Origin: an uncultured archaeon
GTDB lineage: Archaea; Nanobdellota; Nanobdellia; Pacearchaeales; GW2011-AR1
NCBI GenBank assembly: GCA_902386025.1
Contig: CABMHR010000001.1
Location: 177,108 to 241,107, forward strand
Direction: 5' to 3'
DNA length: 64,000 nucleotides
Within the stretch, counting starts at the first letter, position 1; each line of letters begins with the position of its first letter. The notes beneath the pieces are model-generated. The model was given only the letters and a program-made list of their open reading frames with translations. It ran no database searches and was not told the origin of the DNA. The position numbers were made by a program, and so were the translations under genes. Shown here piece by piece: positions 28,526 through 37,217 of this stretch.

Positions 28526-29860
28526 ATGGAAACTTCTCCAAGCATAAGGGATGACAAACAGGAAGTTAGTCGCTCATTCGTAAAATCCGAACGAGAAGAA
28601 AGGATAAGAAAGATAACAAAAGTTTATTATTCAAAGCCAGAGATTCAAAAAGCAATCTTTAACTTTTCTATTAATAGGGAAGTTGTTCCCCGCTACTTTG
28701 AAGGATTTGGAAAACGCCCTGACTGCCTGCAGTATGAATCTGATATTTTTGAACTTGTGAAAAAAGGAGCAACTTCTTTTCATTGTTCAGAAGAGATTTG
28801 GGACAATCCCCTCAATATTCAAACAGGAATGACAGAGAAACAGCTGAATGGATTGAGAACAGGATGGGATTTGATTTTGGATATTGACAGCAAATATATT
28901 GATTACAGCAAGATAATGGCGAAAATAATAATCAATTTTCTAGAATTCAGCGGAGTAAGGAATGTAGGGGTAAAATTTTCAGGAAGCAAGGGATTTCATA
29001 TGATTATTCCTTGGAAAGCTTTTCCAAAAGAAATCAACGGAGTAAAAACTTCGGATATGTTTCCCGAATGGGCAAGAATTATTACAAAGTATATTATGGC
29101 TAAAACTCACGATTATCTCATAACAGAAATAACAAAACTTTATTCTCCAAACAAATACATAAAAGACAGAGAAGCTCCAAAAGAAGTAATGCCTGATTTG
29201 ATTCTTGTCTCCCCCCGCCATTTATTCAGAATGCCTTATTCTCTCCACGAAAAAACAGCGCTTGCAAGTGTTGTGATTGACAAGAGCAAGATTTCAGATT
29301 TCCAGCCCACAGATGCAAATCCGTTGAAGGCAGAAATAAAAAATTTCATTCCCAACTGTAAAGAAGGAGAAGCAACAAGATTGCTGATGCAGGCTCTTGA
29401 TTGGAACAGGGAAAATGCTCCGAAAGAAGAAAAGAAAAATTTTGAATACAAGCCAATTCAGATTACAGACCGCTCTGAAAAAAATTTTCCGCCCTGCATA
29501 AAAAAAATTCTTCTTGGAGTTCAGGATGGAAAGAAAAGAGCTTTGTTTGCTTTGATAAATTTCTTCCGCTCTGCAGGAACAGAAAAAGACGAGCTTGAAA
29601 AGATTCTTTATTCTTGGAATGAAAGAAATCAGCCCCCTCTTCATCAAGGTTATATCAAGACGCAGATTTCATGGGCTTTGAAAAGAAAACCAATAATGCC
29701 TCCAAACTGTATGGAATTTTATCAGGGAGTCGGCGTCTGCTCTCCAGATGAATTATGCAGGAGAATAAAAAATCCTGTGAATTATCTTGTTAGAAAAAAT
29801 TTTCAGTCAAACAGAAAACAATTGCCGAAAAATAAGGATAATTTTAAAAACAATAATTGA
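28526..29860 (+). CDS. priSL: Fused DNA primase: PriS catalytic domain + PriL-CTD-like Fe-S domain
   Basis: PriS motifs LILDIDSKY and FSGSKGFHMIIPW. The C-terminus has four Cys (PPCIKK...NCMEF...GVCSPDELC). Confidence 0.65.
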   Translation: METSPSIRDDKQEVSRSFVKSEREERIRKITKVYYSKPEIQKAIFNFSINREVVPRYFEGFGKRPDCLQYESDIFELVKKGATSFHCSEEIWDNPLNIQTGMTEKQLNGLRTGWDLILDIDSKYIDYSKIMAKIIINFLEFSGVRNVGVKFSGSKGFHMIIPWKAFPKEINGVKTSDMFPEWARIITKYIMAKTHDYLITEITKLYSPNKYIKDREAPKEVMPDLILVSPRHLFRMPYSLHEKTALASVVIDKSKISDFQPTDANPLKAEIKNFIPNCKEGEATRLLMQALDWNRENAPKEEKKNFEYKPIQITDRSEKNFPPCIKKILLGVQDGKKRALFALINFFRSAGTEKDELEKILYSWNERNQPPLHQGYIKTQISWALKRKPIMPPNCMEFYQGVGVCSPDELCRRIKNPVNYLVRKNFQSNRKQLPKNKDNFKNNN

Positions 29861-29871
29861 GTGTATAAAGA

Positions 29872-31665
29872 ATGAACAAAAGAGTGTGTTTTTTATTTTT
29901 GCTTGGTTTGGTTTTATGTTCATTATTTGCTGCTGCAGCCAATGATACAACTACAGACATACAGACAAAAGCTTATGCCTGTCTGGGAAATAAAGTAAAC
30001 GGACATTGTTCTTCTCTTTCAACAGAAGAAAAAATATTCTCTCTTTTATCAATAGGGCAGTGCAAATCAGAACTTCTTTCAGATTCATTTTCAACTCAAT
30101 GCTGGCCTGAACAGAAATGCACAGTAAAATCAACAGCACAGGCAATTCTTGCATTAAGCAAGGCAGGAATTGACACATCAAAAGCAGAAACTTGGCTGTT
30201 GTCGCAGTCAATAAACTCAAAAGATATTGACTGGTTCCTGCAGGTTGAGGCAAATACTGCTGCTGGAGAAGAAACATCCTGTTCAGTTGCTTATTCGGAT
30301 AATTCAATTCATCATTTTTCTATAAATGAAGACAAGACATTAAGCGGAGATGCAGGAAATTGCTTAAGTGTTTATCAGGATTATTGGTTCAAGGTATCTT
30401 CTTCGTGCTACAACGAGCAGTTTAAAGTTTCCTGTTCTGATTCTTTTCAAACTTCTGTATTGTATCAAAAAACAGATGCAGGCACAAATGATTTTTATGT
30501 TTCAGACAAGACAGCTTCTGCATCAGGCGAGGGGACAACAACAGAAAATATAAATTTATCCTGCTTCAAGACAGGCTCTGTCTGTGATTATGAAGGAACA
30601 TTATGGGCAGCAATTGTTTTAAAATATCTGAAATATGATGTATCTTCTTACATTCCATATTTAATTGCAATGTCAGGAAACAATCCCCAATATATTCCTG
30701 AATCTTTCCTTTACACACTGACTGATAATTTCAGGACAGATTTGCTGACAAGACAGCAGGAGAATCAATGGTGGGCTGCATCAGGGGACAAATTTTATGA
30801 TACTGCTGTTGCACTTCTTCCTTTCCAAAATGAAGATATAACCGAAAAAGCAAATTCAAAAGCTTGGCTTAGCGGCGTTCAGGGAGCAGATGGATGCTGG
30901 CAGGACAATATAAGGAATACTGCATTTATTCTTTATTCTCTTTGGACAAAAAATATTAATGTTACAGTAACCCAGAAAAATTGCGAAAGTTCAAATCATT
31001 TTTGTATGTCAAGCGCTTCGTGTTCAGGCATAAGTGGAACAGAATTAACAGATTACAGCCAGTCTTGTTTGGGAACAAATATTTGCTGTGATAGGCAGAA
31101 AGTATTAGCAAGCTGTTCTGCTCAAGGAGGAAAATTATGCTCTTCAGGAGAGCAGTGTCTTGGAGGAAGTGATATAGATGCATCTGATTCTTTAAACAGC
31201 ATATGCTGTGTAAGCGGGACTTGCGGAGTTCAGCAGCAGACAGCGTGCAGTTCTTCAGGAGGAATATGCAGAGATTCCTGCTTCAGCACAGAGCAATTTT
31301 CTTCATCTTCCTGCTCTTCATCTCAAGTTTGCTGTGTTTCTTCATCAGCATCGCAGAAATCTTCAGGAAGCTTGGTTATTATTCTGCTCGTAATATTAAT
31401 AGTTCTTGCTTTGGCTGGAATAATCTTCAGGAAGAAATTAAGAGAACTTTTCTTGAAATTCAAGTTTGGCGGGGGAAAAGGAAAAGCTCCAACAACTCCA
31501 AGCCCAAGATTCCCTCCAACATCATCTTCAAGAGTTTATCCGGGATTAATTCCAAGAACAATAATTCCGCAGAGAGCTCCTGCTACAAGAGCGCCTGTGA
31601 GAAAACCTGCAGGAAGGGATGAAGTGTCAGATGTTCTCAAAAAATTAAAAGATATTGGGAAATAA
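29872..31665 (+). CDS. Cys-rich secreted protein with C-terminal TM and Pro/Arg-rich cytoplasmic tail
   Basis: Signal peptide, many Cys, TM LVIILLVILIVLALAGIIF. Confidence 0.5.
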   Translation: MNKRVCFLFLLGLVLCSLFAAAANDTTTDIQTKAYACLGNKVNGHCSSLSTEEKIFSLLSIGQCKSELLSDSFSTQCWPEQKCTVKSTAQAILALSKAGIDTSKAETWLLSQSINSKDIDWFLQVEANTAAGEETSCSVAYSDNSIHHFSINEDKTLSGDAGNCLSVYQDYWFKVSSSCYNEQFKVSCSDSFQTSVLYQKTDAGTNDFYVSDKTASASGEGTTTENINLSCFKTGSVCDYEGTLWAAIVLKYLKYDVSSYIPYLIAMSGNNPQYIPESFLYTLTDNFRTDLLTRQQENQWWAASGDKFYDTAVALLPFQNEDITEKANSKAWLSGVQGADGCWQDNIRNTAFILYSLWTKNINVTVTQKNCESSNHFCMSSASCSGISGTELTDYSQSCLGTNICCDRQKVLASCSAQGGKLCSSGEQCLGGSDIDASDSLNSICCVSGTCGVQQQTACSSSGGICRDSCFSTEQFSSSSCSSSQVCCVSSSASQKSSGSLVIILLVILIVLALAGIIFRKKLRELFLKFKFGGGKGKAPTTPSPRFPPTSSSRVYPGLIPRTIIPQRAPATRAPVRKPAGRDEVSDVLKKLKDIGK

Positions 31666-31790
31666 GATAATTTTTTTGCAGTGCTAAAGAGACATCTAAA
31701 CTCTTTTACCTGATTGATTATTATGCCCATAGTAATTTAATTATTTTCAATACAAATAAACTTTATTAACTCATTTTCTTTTAATCTTTA

Positions 31791-33062
31791 ATGAAAAAAG
31801 AGGTGATACTTGTATTAATGTTATTTTGTTTAGTTTTTCCTTTCGTTTCTGCAGTTGAATTTGATTTAAATCAGAATTTCAGCCAAGGAGAGACATTAGT
31901 GGAAAAAGTGTCAGGAAATTTTCTTTCTCCTTTGACAAAAAATAATATTTTCTTTTACGAAGGGCACGTCAGAATTCCTATGGAATACGGAGTATTGGGA
32001 ATAAACGGCGATTATTACATTTACGCTCTTTTATCTGGAAAATCCGAAGGCGATTATTCTGTATCAATTGAAAATGCGCAGTATATGAAAGGAGCAGAAA
32101 TATTGAGCGATAAAATAATAAAAAATTTTACAATAACAAATGAGACAGCAGATTTTTTTGTCAGTCCAGGAGTAATGATTTCAGCAGGGGATTTTTTTCT
32201 TGAACTTCAGAATACAGGCGACAATCAGGTAACAATCAGCATAAATACTGAAGCAAATAATTCTGGAATAAGGAAAGTAGAAGCTTCTGCAAATTCTGTC
32301 CAGTTAAAATCAGGGGAAATAAAAAAAATATACTTCAAGGTTGGAATAGGAAAGCCTGAACTGAAGACAATTGAATTGAAAACAGAAAAAACAATTTATG
32401 AAATTCCTGTTTACATATCTTCTGAACTTGAAGGAATATTGCAGCCGACTTTCAGCTTTGAGCCGTCAAGCGTGACTTATTCATTCCCAACAAATTCAAT
32501 TATCAAGGAAACAATTTATCTTTATAATACTGGAGAGAAAGAGATAAACAACATAAACATTTCTCTTGATGATTCTCTAATTTCTCTTGTGAATCTTTCT
32601 GTGACAAAGATTACAAGTTTAAAGCCGGATTCAAAAGTTTCCATAGAGCTGACTTTCTTCTCTAAAAACGAGACAACAGAATTGGGAAATCTAAAGGCAA
32701 AATCAGAAGACGCAATAGCATATTCTTCAATCTCATTGAAACTGATGAACAATTATACTCTTTCTCCTAACGAGACAATTCAATCATCAGCAAAAACCTG
32801 CACAGAACTTCTTGGAAGTGTGTGCAATATCTCCACAGAAAAATGCAGCCAAGAGCCTGTATATGCAACAGACAATTTGTGCTGTATGGGAACCTGCGAT
32901 AAAATTCAAAAATCAGGTTCATCAGCTAAAGTAATCGGAATACTTCTTTTTATTCTCGTTGTTGCAGGAGGAGCTTGGTTTTATTTCAAGAAATACAAAA
33001 AGGCAAAAAAACCTCTTAATCTGCTTGAAGTAGCAAAAGGAAAACCTGCTGTCAAGCAGTAA
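31791..33062 (+). CDS. Secreted protein with C-terminal TM anchor
   Basis: Signal peptide. C-terminus reads CCMGTC...VIGILLFILVVAGGAWFYFKKYKK. Confidence 0.5.
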   Translation: MKKEVILVLMLFCLVFPFVSAVEFDLNQNFSQGETLVEKVSGNFLSPLTKNNIFFYEGHVRIPMEYGVLGINGDYYIYALLSGKSEGDYSVSIENAQYMKGAEILSDKIIKNFTITNETADFFVSPGVMISAGDFFLELQNTGDNQVTISINTEANNSGIRKVEASANSVQLKSGEIKKIYFKVGIGKPELKTIELKTEKTIYEIPVYISSELEGILQPTFSFEPSSVTYSFPTNSIIKETIYLYNTGEKEINNINISLDDSLISLVNLSVTKITSLKPDSKVSIELTFFSKNETTELGNLKAKSEDAIAYSSISLKLMNNYTLSPNETIQSSAKTCTELLGSVCNISTEKCSQEPVYATDNLCCMGTCDKIQKSGSSAKVIGILLFILVVAGGAWFYFKKYKKAKKPLNLLEVAKGKPAVKQ

Positions 33063-33262
33063 TATTCACATCTCTTCCAAAAATATTTGTTTCTATTAAT
33101 TTCCCCTTTAAATCATAAATTTTCTGGACTGATTCTTTTTCTTTGTCAAATTTTCTTTTTAATCTTTCTTCTTCTTTTTCTTCAGGAACTTTTCCAGCAT
33201 CCAAGCCCTGCTTTATTAACTGATGAAAATATCCTGTGTACGTCGCCATTGTGGGAGAAATT

Positions 33263-33751
33263 TCATTTATTCTCATCTCTTTTTTTGTTTTTTTCCTTAA
33301 CCTCTTCTCCAAGTGATTCTCTTAATTTCTTCTCCAGAATTGTTTTTTCTGTCTGCAAAATTCTTGTTATTTCCTCGTAGCCGTGCAGTCTTCTTGTCAA
33401 TTCATTGAGGATTTCCCCAAAACTTGCATTTGTCAGCTGAATATTTTGGGGGGAAGTAATCTCAACATATGCAGGCATATATTTGAACATCAATCCAACA
33501 ATAGACAAAAGCTCTTCAGCTTCAATCTCAATCTCTGCAAAACTCGTGTAAAAATCTTTCTGCTCTTTCATAATGACAGGCGGATTTATTTTTGTCTCTC
33601 TTAATTTTATCCCTTTTTCCTGCCCAATCCTCTTTACCAAGTCGTTCAAGGTTTCAGTCAGGAATTCTGCAGGCCTTCCAAGGACTTCAAGAATGAAAAC
33701 TGCATTTATTTTTTTCTCATTTGAACTCATTTTTATTTTTTCTCCTTCCAA
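33263..33751 (-). CDS. Hypothetical protein
   Basis: 162-aa ORF. Confidence 0.35.
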   Translation of the reverse strand: MEGEKIKMSSNEKKINAVFILEVLGRPAEFLTETLNDLVKRIGQEKGIKLRETKINPPVIMKEQKDFYTSFAEIEIEAEELLSIVGLMFKYMPAYVEITSPQNIQLTNASFGEILNELTRRLHGYEEITRILQTEKTILEKKLRESLGEEVKEKNKKRDENK

Positions 33752-34316
33752 TCAAAAACAAAATACCGAACATAACACAGAAGGTTATGATTCCGTAAAA
33801 AGATAAATTCTTTTTCAAAATTTCTTTATTATCTTCGCTTTTTATACTTTTTGCATCTTCAGTATCTGCATTAAGAGTTATTGCAGGAAGCTCTACTGCC
33901 TTTTCAGAATTTTTTGCATTGCTGCTTGGCATAGAAGTTGTGTGGGGGATGTTCTCTGATGCTTCTGTATCTTTGTCTGTATTTGTATAATTATCTTCTA
34001 TTGTTTCATTTTCCTTAATTTCTGTTGTGTTTTCATCATTTGTTTCTTCATCTTCATCCACACAAGCCAGCCCTTGAGATTTTATTTGATTTAATCTTGT
34101 TCCATTTCCTATCCCGCTAACTCTTGCTAAATCATCAACAGAACCAAATGGGCGCAGTTCAATAATGCTCTGCGCTCTTGCAGGGCCTATTTGAGTTATT
34201 TCCTGCAGGGCAGTTAAATCAGCAGTGTTAATATTAATTTGAGTTGAATTGCATAATGCGAAGGCGTTTGATATTAATGCAACTGCAATTAAGAAAATCA
34301 TCAACCTCTTAATCAT
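33717..34316 (-). CDS. comEA: ComEA-like helix-hairpin-helix DNA-binding protein, membrane-anchored
   Basis: ININTADLTALQEITQIGPARAQSIIELRPFGSVDDLARVSGIG. Signal at the N-terminus and a TM at the C-terminus. Confidence 0.6.
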   Translation of the reverse strand: MIKRLMIFLIAVALISNAFALCNSTQININTADLTALQEITQIGPARAQSIIELRPFGSVDDLARVSGIGNGTRLNQIKSQGLACVDEDEETNDENTTEIKENETIEDNYTNTDKDTEASENIPHTTSMPSSNAKNSEKAVELPAITLNADTEDAKSIKSEDNKEILKKNLSFYGIITFCVMFGILFLIGRRKNKNEFK

Positions 34317-34340
34317 ATATAGAACAGCAAAAAAGGATTT

Positions 34341-34631
34341 TTATTTTTTGTTATATCTAACATCAAAATCAATATATTCAATTTTGCCTCTTTCTTTTGA
34401 TTTTTTTGCAATCCATATCTTTGAGAAAATTTCTTTTTGTAGATACCACCTACACTTCTCTTTCTCTTCTTTTGAAAGAATACCATTCATTTTAACTTCA
34501 ACTCCAATTACGCTATATAATCCATCATGAATGTGTCTCATTATAATGAAATCAGGAAACCCCGCACCCAAAACAAATAACTTCTTAAAAGGATTATATT
34601 TTCTAGCAATGATTAACTTTCCCTCTTTCAT
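34341..34631 (-). CDS. hjc: Holliday junction resolvase Hjc, C-terminal fragment (PD...EVK)
   Basis: GFPDFII...IGVEVK carries the PD-(D/E)xK core. It lacks the N-terminal helix with the first catalytic Glu. Confidence 0.5.
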   Translation of the reverse strand: MKEGKLIIARKYNPFKKLFVLGAGFPDFIIMRHIHDGLYSVIGVEVKMNGILSKEEKEKCRWYLQKEIFSKIWIAKKSKERGKIEYIDFDVRYNKK

Positions 34632-35296
34632 TTTATAACCTCTAAAATTTTATCTTTACAAAATTCTAAATTTGACTTAATCTCATGTTCCCATAATCTT
34701 AAAATAATATATCCCTTGTTCTGCAACTCTTTGGTTCTAATTTTGTCTATCTCTCTTCCAGAAGGGTAATTGTGATAATAATCTCCATCACATTCTATAA
34801 TTATTTTTTTGTTTATGATAATATCACATTGATATTTGTGTACAATATCTGTAATCGGTTGGTGTTTTATAAAAGGAATATTTAATTCAGTTAATAAATT
34901 TTGGATAATCAACTCAGGTTTAGTATCTTTTTTTAGTATCTTTTGGTAAAGTCTCTTTTCTTTTATTTTAAGGATTGTTTCTTTGGATTTATTAACACCC
35001 GGATTTGTTTTACCTTTGATAAAAGTGTGTCTAAATGGGTTATCTCTTATTCTCTCTTTTGTATCAAGAGAATGTTTATATCCTTTATGATATTGATTAT
35101 TTAAATTATTTTTTATAAGTTTACTCTCTTTAGCCAATTTGCTTAATTTTTCAGATTTAAAATAACAAAATCTGTTACAATAGATTTGGGTTTTTCTTTC
35201 AGTTTTTATTTCTTTCTTGCATGTTGGACAAATTTTTGTATAAATCTTAGCTTTTTCCCATTCTATCTTTTTCTTCCCCTTATTAAATGGAATCAT
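34628..35296 (-). CDS. Free-standing homing-endonuclease-like protein (NUMOD3 motifs + Vsr/DUF559-like nuclease domain)
   Basis: NUMOD3-like HSLDTKERIRDN and GKTNPGVNKSKETILKIK. C-terminal ECDGDYYH...REIDKIRTKELQNKGYIILRLWEHEI is a Vsr-like PD-(D/E)xK domain. Confidence 0.5.
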   Translation of the reverse strand: MIPFNKGKKKIEWEKAKIYTKICPTCKKEIKTERKTQIYCNRFCYFKSEKLSKLAKESKLIKNNLNNQYHKGYKHSLDTKERIRDNPFRHTFIKGKTNPGVNKSKETILKIKEKRLYQKILKKDTKPELIIQNLLTELNIPFIKHQPITDIVHKYQCDIIINKKIIIECDGDYYHNYPSGREIDKIRTKELQNKGYIILRLWEHEIKSNLEFCKDKILEVIK

Positions 35297-35308
35297 TATT
35301 TTTTAATC

Positions 35309-35569
35309 CTATTTATTTTCCTCTTTAAACTCAACATTATTTACCCATTTACTTACTATCCAGCCTTTTCCTTCTAAGTCTTTTCTAACTTTTAATTCAA
35401 ATCTTCCCCCCTGTGCTCTGGATAAACTGCCTTTTTTAATTCTGCTTTTTTCTTTAATTTTATGTATTGTCCCATTATTATCCCAAGAGGTTTCATAATT
35501 TTCCGGGTCTCCTGCTTTACGGATTATTTCCATAATCTTATCTTTATGCTCTTTTTCTATTCTTTCCAT
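35309..35569 (-). CDS. hjc: Holliday junction resolvase Hjc, N-terminal fragment
   Basis: GGRFELKVRKDLEGKGWIVSKW matches the Hjc N-terminal helix and strand (G.RfERel...L...G). Confidence 0.45.
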   Translation of the reverse strand: MERIEKEHKDKIMEIIRKAGDPENYETSWDNNGTIHKIKEKSRIKKGSLSRAQGGRFELKVRKDLEGKGWIVSKWVNNVEFKEENK

Positions 35570-35819
35570 AAATTTATACTAAAAAGGAAGTTTATATTTT
35601 TTTAGAATTTCAAAAGATTTAAATATAAAATTAATTTTATATTAATAAGGAGAGGTGATTATGAAAAAAACAAAATTTAAATTTAAGTTTCACCCATTGG
35701 GGCTTTTGGGATTTTTGGGTTTTCTTGGATTCTTAGGAATAATAAATCCTTGGCAGTATTTGATGTTTTTTAATTTCCTTTATTTCTTAAGATTTTTTCA
35801 TAAAGTTAAAGGATAAAAA

Positions 35820-36005
35820 TTACAAGTCCCTTGACTGAATTGTTCTCCGCTTGTTTGCTTTGGCTCTTTCAATTGCATTGACTAATATATCTTCAACTTT
35901 TTTGTCAAGTGCAGTTGCAACTTCATCAGCAACAGAAGATATTGCATTTTCTTTGTCAAGCTCCTTAATCAAGGGGCGTATCTGTGATTTTATTATAATT
36001 CCCAT
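35820..36005 (-). CDS. Archaeal histone (HMf family)
   Basis: Histone fold with RRTIQSRDL at the C-terminus (compare RKTIKAEDI). Confidence 0.65.
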   Translation of the reverse strand: MGIIIKSQIRPLIKELDKENAISSVADEVATALDKKVEDILVNAIERAKANKRRTIQSRDL

Positions 36006-36799
36006 TATTTGCCTTTAGCCTTTTTAATATCGTCGTCAAATTCTTTTATTGTTCCCCTGACTTGTTCAATTTCTTTTTCAGAGATTTTGTAATCCTCGTG
36101 GACAATTCTGTTATGCAGTGTTTCTATCTTGTTCATTCTTTCTTTTGTGTCTAATTTTATCCAGTTGTTTTCCAGCAAAAGATTTGAAGCCCCTTTTATG
36201 TCAATTGATTCATCTTCTTCAATTGGGATATTCATCTTTTCCACAATTGCATTCTTCACCATTGAATCCAATATAAGATAATACCTGATGAATTCAGCAA
36301 CATTATCTTTGTTTGCAGGCTCTAATTTCAGCTTTTCAATTTCTTCTTCAAGCTCCATTGAATCATTTTCCCTGTCTTTTTTCTCTGACCAGATTGAAGC
36401 GAAAATTCCCGAAGTTGCGAATATAAGCGAGATAATTGTCAAGATTGCTCCTTTAATAAATAAAGATTGTGCAACTAAAATTATCAATATATAAAAAGGA
36501 GAAAGGAAAGATATAAACCAAAGCACTGATGCAGTCCAGTTCATTATTCTTTTAACCCTGTTCAATGGGTCTTTTATCACATAATTGATTCCATAAAAAT
36601 AAATTGACAGGAACTGGATAAAAATAATTGCGTTTAGAAATTGGTCTGGGGAAATATCAAACCATAAAATTTTGAAGGTTATTCCAGAAGAGAAAAGCGA
36701 AATGATGGAATCCCTTAATGTAAAAGTTATCAGCAGGAAAGACAAGGAGTAAACTACCTTGCTGTCAATAAATGCAAATAATTTATTTTCGTCTGTCAT
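36005..36799 (-). CDS. Hypothetical membrane protein with C-terminal coiled coil
   Basis: Four TM helices, then a charged helical tail. Confidence 0.35.
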   Translation of the reverse strand: MTDENKLFAFIDSKVVYSLSFLLITFTLRDSIISLFSSGITFKILWFDISPDQFLNAIIFIQFLSIYFYGINYVIKDPLNRVKRIMNWTASVLWFISFLSPFYILIILVAQSLFIKGAILTIISLIFATSGIFASIWSEKKDRENDSMELEEEIEKLKLEPANKDNVAEFIRYYLILDSMVKNAIVEKMNIPIEEDESIDIKGASNLLLENNWIKLDTKERMNKIETLHNRIVHEDYKISEKEIEQVRGTIKEFDDDIKKAKGK

Positions 36800-36828
36800 T
36801 TTTCACCTTTTTTAATTAATAACCCCCC

Positions 36829-37215
36829 TCATTTTTTATGTTTTTTCTCAATCAAACCCTCTACAATTCCCAAAGCAATAAACCAAATAAGGAAATCAAT
36901 CAATACTTGAATTGTTGAATTAACTTTTATATTGGATATTAAAAAATAATGAACGATTAAAATAGGGATAATCATTAAATACATAAGATAATATTCCCAT
37001 TCTGTCTTTTTTCTTTTTCTGGATTTCCTCCTTATTTTAACCACTCCCAATATCACAAATGAACTTGTAAGCATAATCCAAAATATTACGAAATCAATAA
37101 AAACCTGAATAGTTGAGCTAAAATTAATTTTTGAGATTAAGAAATAATGGATAATTAGTATAACTAATGTGGAGATACCAATTCCTAAACTACTTTTTTT
37201 ATATTTTTCTTTCAT
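36829..37215 (-). CDS. Small membrane protein with internal duplication
   Basis: Two ~45-aa repeats (HYFLISKINFSSTIQVFIDF / HYFLISNIKVNSTIQVLIDF). Confidence 0.35.
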   Translation of the reverse strand: MKEKYKKSSLGIGISTLVILIIHYFLISKINFSSTIQVFIDFVIFWIMLTSSFVILGVVKIRRKSRKRKKTEWEYYLMYLMIIPILIVHYFLISNIKVNSTIQVLIDFLIWFIALGIVEGLIEKKHKK

Positions 37216-37217
37216 AT

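Noticed and set aside
33052-33312. 86-aa minus-strand ORF overlapping both neighbours
   Set aside because: It overlaps the 3' end of 31791..33062 and the 3' end of 33263..33751. Its composition is Lys/Glu-rich low complexity. It is probably not a real gene, though it is not excluded.
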